Positions 45,953 through 56,211 of a stretch of DNA of 64,000 nucleotides are shown piece by piece; position 1 is the stretch's first letter, and the number at the start of each line of letters is the position of its first letter. Location: IMG/VR virus record IMGVR_UViG_3300037067_008364, positions 1 through 64,000 of that record; one strand, given 5' to 3'. The notes beneath the pieces are model-generated. The model was not told the origin of the DNA. It searched no databases and saw nothing but the letters and a program-made list of their open reading frames with translations. This DNA is from an uncultured virus (IMG/VR IMGVR_UViG_3300037067_008364) (taxonomy: Duplodnaviria; Heunggongvirae; Uroviricota; Caudoviricetes). The position numbers and the translations under genes were made by a program.

Positions 45953-46990
45953 ATGAGTCAATTAAAAATAGTAAGCATCATCGGATCACGTCCACAATTT
46001 ATAAAATATCATGCAGTCAGCAGACACATGGAATCATTTGGATTCGAAGATATTCTTATTCATACAGGTCAGCATTATGATTATAATATGTCAGATATAT
46101 TCTTTGAGAAATTAAATATCAAACATCCTGATTATTATCTCAATATTCATGACAATAACAATGCGAAACAGATACTTGATACATCTATACTTTTACGTCC
46201 AATATTACATGCAATTAATCCAGATATTGTTATGGTATATGGAGATACAAACGCAACTATAGCAGGATCATTAGCAGCTTCATCAAATGATATTCCAATA
46301 GTACATATTGAAGCGGGATTACGTAGTCATAATTTACAGATGACCGAAGAATCAAATCGTATTGTTACTGATTCGTTATCAGATATGTTGTTTTGCCCAT
46401 CAGAACATGCGGTTAATAATTTAAGAACAGAAAATATAATAGAAAATATATACAATGTTGGCGATGTTATGTATGATGTCTTAAAGTTATTTGATATCAA
46501 ACAACCACACAATATCACTAACCCGTACAATTTTATGACATTGCATCGCGCCGAGACAGTTAACAATAAAACAACTTTACGTGATATTATTGAATTTTGT
46601 GTGGATATTTCAGATAATAAAGATATTATATTTCCAGTGCACCCGAGAACAGCCGTGAAAATTATAGATTATCATATACGCATCCCAAATAATATAATAA
46701 TGTGTGATCCGTTTTCTTATGATACAGCATTATGTTATATTCAATATGCAGATATTGTTCTTACTGATTCCGGTGGTATTCAAAAAGAAGCATATTGGCT
46801 TTATACCCCATGTATAACATTGCGCAGAGAAACAGAATGGCATGAAACAATTGATACTGGATGGAATGTATTATATGGGGATTACAATAGCAAACATAAC
46901 TTAGGAAAACATATTGATATATATGGAGATGGTACAGCAGCACAACAAATATTATCAATTATTAAACAAACTTATCAGGAGAAAAAATAA
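45953..46990 (+). CDS. wecB: UDP-N-acetylglucosamine 2-epimerase (non-hydrolysing)
   Basis: G.RPQFIK, HTGQHYD, GDTN, HIEAGLRS, EE.NR, TDSGGIQKEA, YGDG. Confidence 0.93.
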   Translation: MSQLKIVSIIGSRPQFIKYHAVSRHMESFGFEDILIHTGQHYDYNMSDIFFEKLNIKHPDYYLNIHDNNNAKQILDTSILLRPILHAINPDIVMVYGDTNATIAGSLAASSNDIPIVHIEAGLRSHNLQMTEESNRIVTDSLSDMLFCPSEHAVNNLRTENIIENIYNVGDVMYDVLKLFDIKQPHNITNPYNFMTLHRAETVNNKTTLRDIIEFCVDISDNKDIIFPVHPRTAVKIIDYHIRIPNNIIMCDPFSYDTALCYIQYADIVLTDSGGIQKEAYWLYTPCITLRRETEWHETIDTGWNVLYGDYNSKHNLGKHIDIYGDGTAAQQILSIIKQTYQEKK

Positions 46991-47892
46991 TGCACATTCC
47001 ATATGAATCGTTTCTCGTAACCGGTGGTGCTGGTTTTATTGGAAGTCATCTCGTTGAATATTTGTCTAAAAATAATAAGCATGTTACCGTACTTGATAAC
47101 TTTGTATCTGGTAAGCGCGAAAACCTTGCAGGTATCAATTGCGATATAGTCGAAGGCAGTATAACAGATCGTGATCTTGTATTCGAACTTGTGTCAAAAG
47201 CTGATGTTGTATTCAATGAAGCTGCATCGAAGTGTACGGTATGTTATGATGACCCACAATTAGATATGATGGTTAATGGTATAGGTACTCTTTACGTTGC
47301 ACAAGCATGCAATGAATATGATAAACGGTTGGTACATGCATCAAGCGGTTCTGTAATGGATGGTACTCCAAACTCATATTATGGTATAAGCAAATGGGCC
47401 GGAGAAAATTATATACGTCAACATGAAAAATATTCACTGCAACGAATGAGTACGATATTGCGTTATTATCATGTATACGGCACACGACAAGATGACAGCA
47501 ATAGTGGGGGTGTAATCCCGATTTTTATACGCAGAATTTATAATAATGAACCAGTAGTTATATTCGGTACCGGTAATCAAGTACGTCATTTTACTTCTGT
47601 ATATGATGTCGTTAATGCAAATATTACAGTGTTAGTCAATAACTATTCTAATATAGTATATAATGTTGTATCAAATGTAAAGATTACAATTGATGATTTG
47701 GCAATCATGATATATGATATTTTTGGCAAACCGTGTGAGATATATCATGAACTTCCAAAACGTGGCGATATCTTTTTATTTCCTAATATATATGATATTC
47801 AGATTCCAATAGGATATATAGATAATTTTCGTAAAGAACTCGAACGAACTATAGAATGGTATGTAAACAAGTATGAACAGGAGAAAAAATAA
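46990..47892 (+). CDS. NAD-dependent sugar epimerase/dehydratase (extended SDR)
   Basis: TGGAGFIGS, ASS, YGISK, R.FT.V.D. Confidence 0.9.
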   Translation: MHIPYESFLVTGGAGFIGSHLVEYLSKNNKHVTVLDNFVSGKRENLAGINCDIVEGSITDRDLVFELVSKADVVFNEAASKCTVCYDDPQLDMMVNGIGTLYVAQACNEYDKRLVHASSGSVMDGTPNSYYGISKWAGENYIRQHEKYSLQRMSTILRYYHVYGTRQDDSNSGGVIPIFIRRIYNNEPVVIFGTGNQVRHFTSVYDVVNANITVLVNNYSNIVYNVVSNVKITIDDLAIMIYDIFGKPCEIYHELPKRGDIFLFPNIYDIQIPIGYIDNFRKELERTIEWYVNKYEQEKK

Positions 47893-48914
47893 TGATTGAT
47901 GTGTTGATGTTATCATATCACGACTGGGCAAACACCGGTTACCGATTCAAAAAGTGTCTTGAATATCTAGGGTATAATGTTGTTGCATTCAAAGGGTTCC
48001 CACACACCATGTCATATCCGGAACAAATTGCTGTAAGTATTTATATATCACGTGCCACACAATTATCTGCGCACCCTGAACTTTACAAAGTTCCTGAACT
48101 GCGGTGGTTCGCTGAACAGGCGGAAGTCATTCATTTCATAGCATCGACAATAGTAGATACCGGAGTTAACATAACAGATAAAAAAGTAGTTGCGCAACAT
48201 GGTGGAAGTACATATCGCATGCGCCCAATGATGTGCAACAACGTATTTAATAATTTTGTTAATGCATCTATTATGCAGTTTCCTACACTATTGAGCCAAG
48301 GCGCTAAAAATGAACATCTCATCTATTATCCTGTGGATACTTCTTTTATTCAGCCTGTATATGGACGACAGGATAAGAAAAAATTAATCATAGGACATTT
48401 TCCAAGTTCATGGGAATCCAAGGGAACTGATGTAATTAACCAAGTTATACGCGAACTTTCAGAAGACACCGAGTTTTCAGACAGATTCGAATACGTAGGA
48501 TTGTCAGAACTCACAAATGAACTTCGCGTAGGATGGTTGCAGAATCTTGAGCGTATGTCTCAATGTGATATAATAATTGAAACAATCAAACCTGAACTCA
48601 GCGGGAAGCCGTTTTGTGAATGGGGAAACACAGCACTTGAAGCTTCAGCTCTCGGGAAAATTGTAATAACAAATACTGCAAGCACGAAACTATATGAACA
48701 GGAATATGGTTGTGTTCCTCCATTGCATATAGCCAATTCAGATAAAGAACTTAAACTTGCCTTGCAAAATATATTGTCGAAAGATGATTTAATGATACGT
48801 CTTGATAAGGAGAGACATCGTACATGGGCTGAAGAGAAACATTCGATACCGGTAACTGCCGAACGTTTGTATGAAAAAGTTTATAAACATCTGCTTCCAA
48901 ACAGGAGAAAATAA
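47892..48914 (+). CDS. GT-B (GT4-like) glycosyltransferase
   Basis: H.PS....KGT...DII...WG..ALEA.ALGK.VI. Confidence 0.75.
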   Translation: MIDVLMLSYHDWANTGYRFKKCLEYLGYNVVAFKGFPHTMSYPEQIAVSIYISRATQLSAHPELYKVPELRWFAEQAEVIHFIASTIVDTGVNITDKKVVAQHGGSTYRMRPMMCNNVFNNFVNASIMQFPTLLSQGAKNEHLIYYPVDTSFIQPVYGRQDKKKLIIGHFPSSWESKGTDVINQVIRELSEDTEFSDRFEYVGLSELTNELRVGWLQNLERMSQCDIIIETIKPELSGKPFCEWGNTALEASALGKIVITNTASTKLYEQEYGCVPPLHIANSDKELKLALQNILSKDDLMIRLDKERHRTWAEEKHSIPVTAERLYEKVYKHLLPNRRK

Positions 48915-49965
48915 ATGGATAGAAAACCAAAGATAGCAATGGTTAGCGACAAGTGCTGTATCCGTGTCATAAAAGAAGCCGCAATGCTCTATCGTGCTGG
49001 ATATACTGTTTACAATTACCAGCAGAAGCCACCGGCATTTGTAAAGTGTTTCGCTGTTAATAGTATATATCTTAATGAATATGATCTTGTTAATCTTGTA
49101 AAATCATCTGATGCGGATATATTTCATATTCACAATCAGCCAGACTGGATGGTTCCCGTAGTCAAGGAAGTATCCGATGGTCGTCCTGTTATTTTTGATG
49201 TTCATGACCCACAGTTTCTTATGCATGCTGAAGGAGAATGTGGGAATATTGAAACACGAGCAATGATGAGCGCTGATGCGATTGTCCATGTTAGCGAAGC
49301 ATGCAAAGCAGCCTCAGACAAGGCGCACCCATATTCAGCTGATAAACCGAACCGTGTTATCATAGCATATGCTGATGACTCTTCCATATTTAATGAAAAA
49401 GAACTTGTACCGCGTCCATGTCTTGACTCTGTAATCTACGAAGGCGGAGTTAGTGTAGAAGGTACAAAATATCATCCAGACAATCCCAACCTCGCACAGA
49501 TAAACCTGCGTTATTTCTTTGACGTGTTCCGTGCGTTCAAACTTGAAGGATATCATGTGGCGATATTCCCAAATCAGGACATGTCAAACACACAATACGC
49601 AAATGAGTTCACGGTCTTCCAGCCTCAAGTCTACGCGAACATGCTTCATTCAATACGCCCGTATGCGTACGGGTTCGTAGGCGCGTCGATTCCAGCACCT
49701 CTTATTATGGCAGCGATGCCGAACAAGTTATTTGAANNNNNNNNNNGTAGTCCCTGTCATATATAACGATGAGGAAGCTAGCAAGTTTGCAGCAAAGCAC
49801 AGTTGCGGTATAACACTCAACTCTCTTGTCAACATACGCGAACAGATAGAATCATATGATTACTACAAACTTCGTGAGAACATACTGCAAGTCCGCAAAC
49901 AGTTTGTCATGAGTTCGCAGTATGATTCACTTACCAGTCTTTATGATGAGGTATTGAAAAAATGA
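48915..49965 (+). CDS. GT-B (GT4-like) glycosyltransferase spanning an assembly N-gap
   Basis: ADIFH.HN.PD, FDVHD, PNKLFE[gap]..PVI; the frame change coincides with 10 Ns at 49737-49746. Confidence 0.75.
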
Positions 49966-50600
49966 TGCGCAATTACGAGCAGTGGCTCAGGTACCTGAAA
50001 CGTGAAGTCCCAGAATGCATATATCGTCACGATGTTGATATCGGAAGTCCGGTAGTACTTGAACACATGCTCGATATTGAAAATCATCTTGGCATCAAAA
50101 GTGTCATATACATTGATATCTATAATGGTATTTATTCTAATAGTAAATTCATGCAATTATACCATAAATATGTACCTCTTGGATTCAGGTTCGGTATCAT
50201 TATCAACCTAATGTATGTATATGCAGATCCAGATGAGGCTTGGGAACACTGCAAGTTCACAATGAACAATCTCAAACTTCTCGGTGCTGATATACATTCT
50301 GTTGTTGGGAAAATATATAATCCGGCATATATTAAAGCGCCTGATTACACGAATCGCGACTTGGAATCAATTTCATTTTTGCAGGGGTATCCTCCGTCGT
50401 TCTTCAAGGCATTTGAACTTGGCAACACTGCATGCATGCTTACTGACGCTGAAGGAGTGATGTCGTGTAACGGTGTGATTATTGATGATTTGGATGAGTT
50501 TGTAGCTGAATCCTTAACATACGAAAAGTCATTCTGTATCACGCATCCGCAATATTATTTTAACACAGGTTCTGAAGTATACTTCATGGGGAGGGCGTAA
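49962..50600 (+). CDS. polysaccharide-deacetylase-like protein (possibly degenerate)
   Basis: RHDVD...E...GI.S..Y...THP; the expected GLH is replaced by GII. Confidence 0.6.
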   Translation: MMRNYEQWLRYLKREVPECIYRHDVDIGSPVVLEHMLDIENHLGIKSVIYIDIYNGIYSNSKFMQLYHKYVPLGFRFGIIINLMYVYADPDEAWEHCKFTMNNLKLLGADIHSVVGKIYNPAYIKAPDYTNRDLESISFLQGYPPSFFKAFELGNTACMLTDAEGVMSCNGVIIDDLDEFVAESLTYEKSFCITHPQYYFNTGSEVYFMGRA

Positions 50601-50644
50601 CGGAATAAAAATAAAATTAACAGGAAAATTTTTACACGACTCTA

Positions 50645-50672
50645 TTGCACATTTGTTTTTTTATGATATATT
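50645..50672 (+). promoter_or_regulatory. putative promoter of the scaffold/capsid operon (TTGCAC-N16-TATATT)
   Basis: Near-consensus, intergenic. Confidence 0.45.
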
Positions 50673-50770
50673 ATACAGTATGTTAAGAACACATATACAT
50701 CGACTTCCTTGTTTTTAGGCTTGCACTTGTTAAGTGCGACTTCCTGAAACGGGCTTGATTGGAGTGTTAA

Positions 50771-51928
50771 ATGAAGAACGCTAAAAGCCTTATAGCTGAT
50801 GCAGAAGAAAGAATCCAGAACTCGGAAACATTACACGCCTCTTTGTATTCCGGCGGTGACGAGTTCGAAGACACAACCGATACGCCAAATGTTGAATCCC
50901 CTGTAGAACAGGCTGAAGATACTGAGGGCGCAGGTACACAAGAAATTACACAAGAGGAAGAAGCGGTACAGGAACAGACGACTCATAATGCTGAACCAGA
51001 TTTTAAATCGCAGCTTGAGTCGATGCGCGGAAGACTTGAATCCGAACGTACGCGTAAGGACGGCATCATAACTCAGCTTCAGAAAGAAATCAAAAATCTT
51101 ACCGAAGCGTTGATTGAATCAAATAAATCAAAGTCCATTGAAACCAAACCTGAAGAACAGTCTGCCGGTTTGCAGACTCCTTCGTTTGATACAGATACCA
51201 AGTTTGACATGCCGAAAGAAATAGTTGACCCGTTCACAAAGGCTGAACGAGAAGAATGGGGAGACGAACAGCTTAACCTTATCGTACGCGGTGCTACACA
51301 TGTAGTGAATACAATGTTGCAGTCATATAACAAAAATATCATGACTCACATTGCAAGACTTCAGAACGACGTTGTAGAACGCATATCTTCTGTAAGTGCT
51401 GTAGTTGAAGAAACCAAACGCGGTACGTTCTTTGATGAACTTTCAAAGATGGTGCCAGATTGGGCACAATACAATGAAGATCCGGGATTCTTACAGTGGT
51501 TGCAAAATGACTACTTTGATTCCGGTTTCAAGCGTATTGATATTCTTACAAAAGCACAGAATGACGGTAATGCGAAACGCGCAGCAAAGATGTTCTCGTT
51601 GTACATTGAAGAGCTTGGACAAGATAATTCAGTTGGCACAAGCGCAGATTTTACTTACAATCAACCTACTGTGATAGCTGAGCCTGTTCAAGTTGTAACA
51701 CCTGTAATGCAGCAAAATGTTCCAAGTATTCCTGATTCTCTGATTACTTCCGGTTCGAACAGAACCACGCAGACAATACAGAGAACGCCTGAAAAACCTA
51801 TCCGTCATTTAAGTGAACTTAAACGCGGTGTTGAACAGGTGCGCAGGGGTAAGATGACATTGGCTACATTCAACGTTTTACAAGATGAAATAGATCAAGC
51901 TAGAGCAGAAGGAAGATTAGAGCCATAA
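50771..51928 (+). CDS. capsid scaffolding protein
   Basis: Acidic coiled coil, VPDW..N.DP.F..WL, C-terminal I..A..EGR; precedes the major capsid gene. Confidence 0.8.
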   Translation: MKNAKSLIADAEERIQNSETLHASLYSGGDEFEDTTDTPNVESPVEQAEDTEGAGTQEITQEEEAVQEQTTHNAEPDFKSQLESMRGRLESERTRKDGIITQLQKEIKNLTEALIESNKSKSIETKPEEQSAGLQTPSFDTDTKFDMPKEIVDPFTKAEREEWGDEQLNLIVRGATHVVNTMLQSYNKNIMTHIARLQNDVVERISSVSAVVEETKRGTFFDELSKMVPDWAQYNEDPGFLQWLQNDYFDSGFKRIDILTKAQNDGNAKRAAKMFSLYIEELGQDNSVGTSADFTYNQPTVIAEPVQVVTPVMQQNVPSIPDSLITSGSNRTTQTIQRTPEKPIRHLSELKRGVEQVRRGKMTLATFNVLQDEIDQARAEGRLEP

Positions 51929-51949
51929 TTTAAAAGGAGTGTATTTTAA

Positions 51950-52573
51950 ATGGCATACCCTAGATCTTCTAATCATCCTGATTATACAGGTTCTAGTAAA
52001 TTTATCCCTGAAATTTGGGATTCCAGAATTCAGGTACGTTTTTACAAGAAAACCATCTTCATGGAAATTGCTAACACAATGTATGAAGGTGACGTAAAGA
52101 AATTCGGTGATACGGTTCGTATTCGTACTTATCCTGATATCACCATCAGTAACTATTCCAAGGGACAGAAACTCAATATTCAGCTCCCTGACAGCACAGC
52201 TACATCGCTGACAATCGACAAAGGCAAGTATTTCAACTTCCTCGTCGATGATGTCGATGAAACTCAGTCTGACCTTGACCTCGTCAATGCTTTCTCTGAG
52301 ACCGCTGCCGAGCAGTTGGCTGTTGGAATTGACGCAGATGTTCTTCAGAATACATATTCAAGTGCAAACTCAAGCAATATCGGCGCTACAGCCGGTGTGA
52401 ATTCCGCTGCGTTCAACCTTGGTGCAGCCAATGCTCCTATCACGTTGACCAAAGCCAACATCCTTGAGTACATCGTTGATGTGCGTTCGGTTCTCAAAGA
52501 GCAGAACGTCCCCGACGAAAGTCTGTGGATTGTACTGCCTCCGCACTTCACCAACTTGATACCAAAATCGGAT
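51950..52573 (+). CDS. major capsid protein, exon 1 (208 aa)
   Basis: FIPEIW, N..YEG....GDTV.I, L.ID..KYF.F..DD. Confidence 0.88.
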
Positions 52574-53491
52574 TTCTTTGAAGTCCCCTGCTATAGTAAT
52601 GTTGCAGCGTAAATTGAGTGAATTGCTGGAACTCTGAAATGGGAATCAGCAGCCAAGCCCTTAAGTGGGAAGGTTCAACGACTAATTTTTTGAACAGAAA
52701 AAACCTAAGCTTTTATGCCGGAGGTTAACAGTGAATAAAGAAAATAGAGGAGTTTTAGTAGGTATGGTTTTAGGAGATGGATACATAAGAGTGGCAAGTA
52801 AAAGAGATCAAGAAATGGATAGACGCACTTCCCCACAAATTTCTTTTAGTCACTGTATGGATCAATATGAATATGCTAAATATAAAGTTGATAAACTCAA
52901 TAAAATATTTGGCGGAAAGGCTACTCTTAGAACTGGTATGTATAATACTACCTATCAAGACAATTACATAAAGTGTTATGCAAATAAAAGTAATCCCTAT
53001 TTTAAGTCTCTTAAACGTATGATGTATAGAAATGGAAAAAAATATATCACAAAACGCGTTCTTGATATGCTTACACCAGAAGGTATTGCATTTTGGTTTA
53101 TGGATGACGGAAGTTATCGTATAAACAAAAATAAAGATGGCAGAATATCTTCAGTATCGTTAACAATTAGTACCTATTGTTCAAGAGAAGAAGTTGATAA
53201 TATTATAGACTTTTTCTTGAATGTTTACGATATAATTTTTAAACCTGCATATTGTAAAAAAACAAAATTGTGGTATGTTAGAACTAATACAAATGAAGCG
53301 ATTAAATTATCAAATCTTATTTCTCCATATATTATAGATTCTATGCAATACAAATTAAGAGCAGTTAAATATGTTCAAAAAGACAAGAGTGCTCAATACC
53401 CAATTATATTTGGGTAATGATATAGTCTGATCTCATGGGAATAGAAACCATGAGAAGTTCGGGATAAAGAGCCTGAACGATAACAAAAATG
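52574..53491 (+). mobile_element. group I intron (918 nt) in the major capsid gene
   Basis: P1 GGAU|UUC-UUU-GAAGUCC; P GAATTGCTGGAA, Q AATCAGCAG, R GTTCAACGACTA, S ATGATATAGTC; terminal G; splicing restores ...PKSD-MKDAS... Confidence 0.9.
52731..53417 (+). CDS. intron-encoded LAGLIDADG homing endonuclease
   Basis: LVGMVLGDG and IAFWFMDDG; GGAGG RBS. Confidence 0.9.
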   Translation: MNKENRGVLVGMVLGDGYIRVASKRDQEMDRRTSPQISFSHCMDQYEYAKYKVDKLNKIFGGKATLRTGMYNTTYQDNYIKCYANKSNPYFKSLKRMMYRNGKKYITKRVLDMLTPEGIAFWFMDDGSYRINKNKDGRISSVSLTISTYCSREEVDNIIDFFLNVYDIIFKPAYCKKTKLWYVRTNTNEAIKLSNLISPYIIDSMQYKLRAVKYVQKDKSAQYPIIFG

Positions 53492-53791
53492 ATGAAGGAC
53501 GCAAGTTTAAGTGGTGATAAGGAATCCATTATCCGTAATGGCAAACTTGGTAGTGTTGTCGGCATGACAATCTATGAATCAAACAACCTTTATTCAACAA
53601 CCGACGGTTCGTCTACTGTATACTACTGTATAGCAGGTCATCCTATCGCCATCTCTTTTGCCGCTCAGCTTCAGAAGACTCGTGCGATGGAGGCTCAGGA
53701 TACATTCGGTCAGTACATCAGCGGTCTTGAAGTTTACGGTTACGATGTAACCAAACCGCAGGCGCTTTCTTACCTGTATGCAACTCGTTAA
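53492..53791 (+). CDS. major capsid protein, exon 2 (99 aa)
   Basis: RNG.LG...G..IY.SNNL, GL.VYG..V.KP. Confidence 0.88.
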   Translation: MKDASLSGDKESIIRNGKLGSVVGMTIYESNNLYSTTDGSSTVYYCIAGHPIAISFAAQLQKTRAMEAQDTFGQYISGLEVYGYDVTKPQALSYLYATR

Positions 53792-53804
53792 CAAGAAGTA
53801 AATT

Positions 53805-53834
53805 GCTGAGCCTGACAATAAAAGTTAGGCTCAG
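53805..53834 (+). terminator. hairpin after the major capsid gene
   Basis: GCTGAGCCTGAC...GTTAGGCTCAGT. Confidence 0.6.
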
Positions 53835-53886
53835 TATTAATTATGAAATCAATTCTATTTTAACATACATAAAGTGGTGAATGTTT

Positions 53887-54384
53887 ATGACTACATATAA
53901 TTATTACGATGGTTCCACATCTGGAGCTCAGGCGTATTATGGTGACGGCAATGCTGTTACAGCGCTCGGGAAGAAGTTTGTGGCTAAACGAACCATCAAC
54001 CTTGCTACTGCCGGTGATGCTCTTACCGGGTCAGGAGCTTTCGGCGCGTCTGATGTGCTTCAGGTTTTTGAGGTGCACGACGGATGGTATGTCCATGAAG
54101 TAATCGCACAATTGAATACAGCTGAAGGCGCAGCGCTGACATTTCAGGTTGGTGACGGAGACGACAAAGACGGTTTTATCACTGGAGGAAATGCCAATAC
54201 TACAGCAGGTTCATACATTACAGGTTATACTACAACAACGTACGCAGCTGATTATTGTGATGGCACAACCTATCATAATGGCAGAATTTATGCAGCAGCC
54301 GATACAATTGACATCAAACTAGATACTACTGGTGCAGATGCAGCGGTTATGGATCTTTACTTTATATACTCTATTCTTGACTAA
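53887..54384 (+). CDS. capsid decoration/cement protein, paralog A
   Basis: Follows the major capsid gene; TAEG...GD.DD.DGF motif. Confidence 0.65.
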   Translation: MTTYNYYDGSTSGAQAYYGDGNAVTALGKKFVAKRTINLATAGDALTGSGAFGASDVLQVFEVHDGWYVHEVIAQLNTAEGAALTFQVGDGDDKDGFITGGNANTTAGSYITGYTTTTYAADYCDGTTYHNGRIYAAADTIDIKLDTTGADAAVMDLYFIYSILD

Positions 54385-54413
54385 CTTTTATTTAATTTAG
54401 GTGGCGAATACAT

Positions 54414-54911
54414 ATGACTACATATAATTATTATGACGGATCTACATCCGGTGCGCAGGCATATTACGGGGACGGCAGTTCTGTCGCTGCACTTGGCAAG
54501 CAGTTTGTAGCAAAGCGTTCAATCAATCTGGCAACAGCCGGTGACTCGCTCACTGGTTCCGGTGCATTTGGTATTAATGATGTACTGCAAATCTTTGAAG
54601 TACACGACGGTTGGTACGTGCACGAAGTAGTTCTTCAACTTAACACTGCTGAGAGTGCTACTCTTGCATGTGAAATTGGCGATGGAGACGACACAGATGG
54701 TTTTTTGGTAGCTGGTAATCTCAATACAACTGCTGGGACATATGAGACTGGATATACTCAGACTACATATGCTGCCGACTATTGCGATGGCACTACATAC
54801 CATAACGGAAGAATCTACGCAGCTGATGATACAATTGATATCAAATTGACTACTGCTGGAGCAGACGTTGCGGTATTTGATGTTTACATTCTTTACACGA
54901 TTCTTGACTAA
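54414..54911 (+). CDS. capsid decoration/cement protein, paralog B
   Basis: About 79% identical to paralog A by manual alignment. Confidence 0.65.
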   Translation: MTTYNYYDGSTSGAQAYYGDGSSVAALGKQFVAKRSINLATAGDSLTGSGAFGINDVLQIFEVHDGWYVHEVVLQLNTAESATLACEIGDGDDTDGFLVAGNLNTTAGTYETGYTQTTYAADYCDGTTYHNGRIYAADDTIDIKLTTAGADVAVFDVYILYTILD

Positions 54912-54976
54912 CCCAACATTTTCAATAAGGTGGGGAGCCTTAAAACTCTCCACTTTATTGAATCAGGAGTATTATT

Positions 54977-55354
54977 ATGACAAGGTACATGAGAAAGAAA
55001 GGCGAACTTCCGATATTGGTTCTCAATGAAAAGCTTCACAACTTTCATGATTTCGAAGTTATGCCTGAAAATTTTGACGTAAGTGCGTACAATGCTACGC
55101 TCGCTTTTTATAAGGGCAAACCTCCGAAACCTTCAATAACAATGAACCCTTATACTTTCGTATATAAGAATTCAACTGAACCGGAAGTGCAAGCCAGTGT
55201 CGACGAAAATGTTGACGAACCTGATATCGTTGAAGAAGTTCCGAAGTCAGAAGTTTCTACGATGATACTGGCTGACGATTTTTTCGAGACCGACGAACCT
55301 GATGCCAAGCCTGAAATGCGCAAGGTAGGCAGAGCCGTAAAGAAAAACAAGTAA
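54977..55354 (+). CDS. hypothetical head-module protein
   Basis: CAGGAG RBS. Confidence 0.7.
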   Translation: MTRYMRKKGELPILVLNEKLHNFHDFEVMPENFDVSAYNATLAFYKGKPPKPSITMNPYTFVYKNSTEPEVQASVDENVDEPDIVEEVPKSEVSTMILADDFFETDEPDAKPEMRKVGRAVKKNK

Positions 55355-55369
55355 GGCTGAATATATACT

Positions 55370-56194
55370 ATGACATTTACACAGCTTATTGCGCGGGTTA
55401 CCAATACAATTGCTGACTGGACAAATCGCAAGGAAGGCGAAGATAATATAAAAGCATACATCAATGAAGGATATGCTGAATTTGCCAATCTTACACGGTG
55501 TCTTGTCAAACACGGCAATATCACGATTACTGCTGACACAAAGACATATTCGGTTCCATCAGACTGTATAAGCATAACACGATTTTCATGGGATGGTAGA
55601 AGCCTTCCAGTATATAGTACATATGAAATGGACAGTAATCTTGGTGAAGGATGGAAAGATACTGGCGGTACTACCATCATGAATATCGTTCAGGATCATG
55701 AAGGATACGGAACCATTCGTATTTATCCTTATATAGATGATGCTGATGATATCGGCGGACTTGTTCTTGGAAGCAATTCCAGCACATACAAGTGTATTGT
55801 TGACCACACTTCATCTTCCTCCACATATCCTATTACCGGGGCAAGTTACTCTACTTACTGGTCAGCAACAGCTACAGATGGAACCGGAGACACATGGGTT
55901 ACAGCAACAAACTATACCAAATATCTTAACTTGGAACTTGACTATGCCTATCTTCCGACAAGCCTGAGTTCGGGAAGCGACGAACCTCTTATCCAGTCGT
56001 ATTATCATCCTGCTCTTGCGGACTATGCGATTGCCATGTTCTATAACCTTGAACGTGGCGTTGACCGTGAACCGGCTATGGGCGACAGGTATTATAATAG
56101 ATTTTTGTACTACGTAAATAAATGTAAGATTGAAACTGAACGCGGGTTTGCCAGCACTGCTGATTTTGCTGTATACCAGCGTCCTTTTGCATAA
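55370..56194 (+). CDS. head-tail adaptor-like protein with a carbohydrate-binding-like insertion
   Basis: MTF..LI..V...YINEG...Y.VP.D...YP...YH.AL..Y. Confidence 0.65.
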   Translation: MTFTQLIARVTNTIADWTNRKEGEDNIKAYINEGYAEFANLTRCLVKHGNITITADTKTYSVPSDCISITRFSWDGRSLPVYSTYEMDSNLGEGWKDTGGTTIMNIVQDHEGYGTIRIYPYIDDADDIGGLVLGSNSSTYKCIVDHTSSSSTYPITGASYSTYWSATATDGTGDTWVTATNYTKYLNLELDYAYLPTSLSSGSDEPLIQSYYHPALADYAIAMFYNLERGVDREPAMGDRYYNRFLYYVNKCKIETERGFASTADFAVYQRPFA

Positions 56195-56211
56195 ATAGAA
56201 GGTGATATTGC

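Noticed and set aside
49732..49766. Frameshift or split in the second glycosyltransferase
   Set aside because: It coincides with a 10-N assembly gap
51950..53791. Two separate capsid genes or a capsid pseudogene
   Set aside because: Group I intron boundaries restore one continuous frame
53887..54911. Diversity-generating retroelement template/variable repeat pair
   Set aside because: Differences are mostly synonymous and not adenine-specific, both copies are full genes, and no reverse transcriptase is in the window
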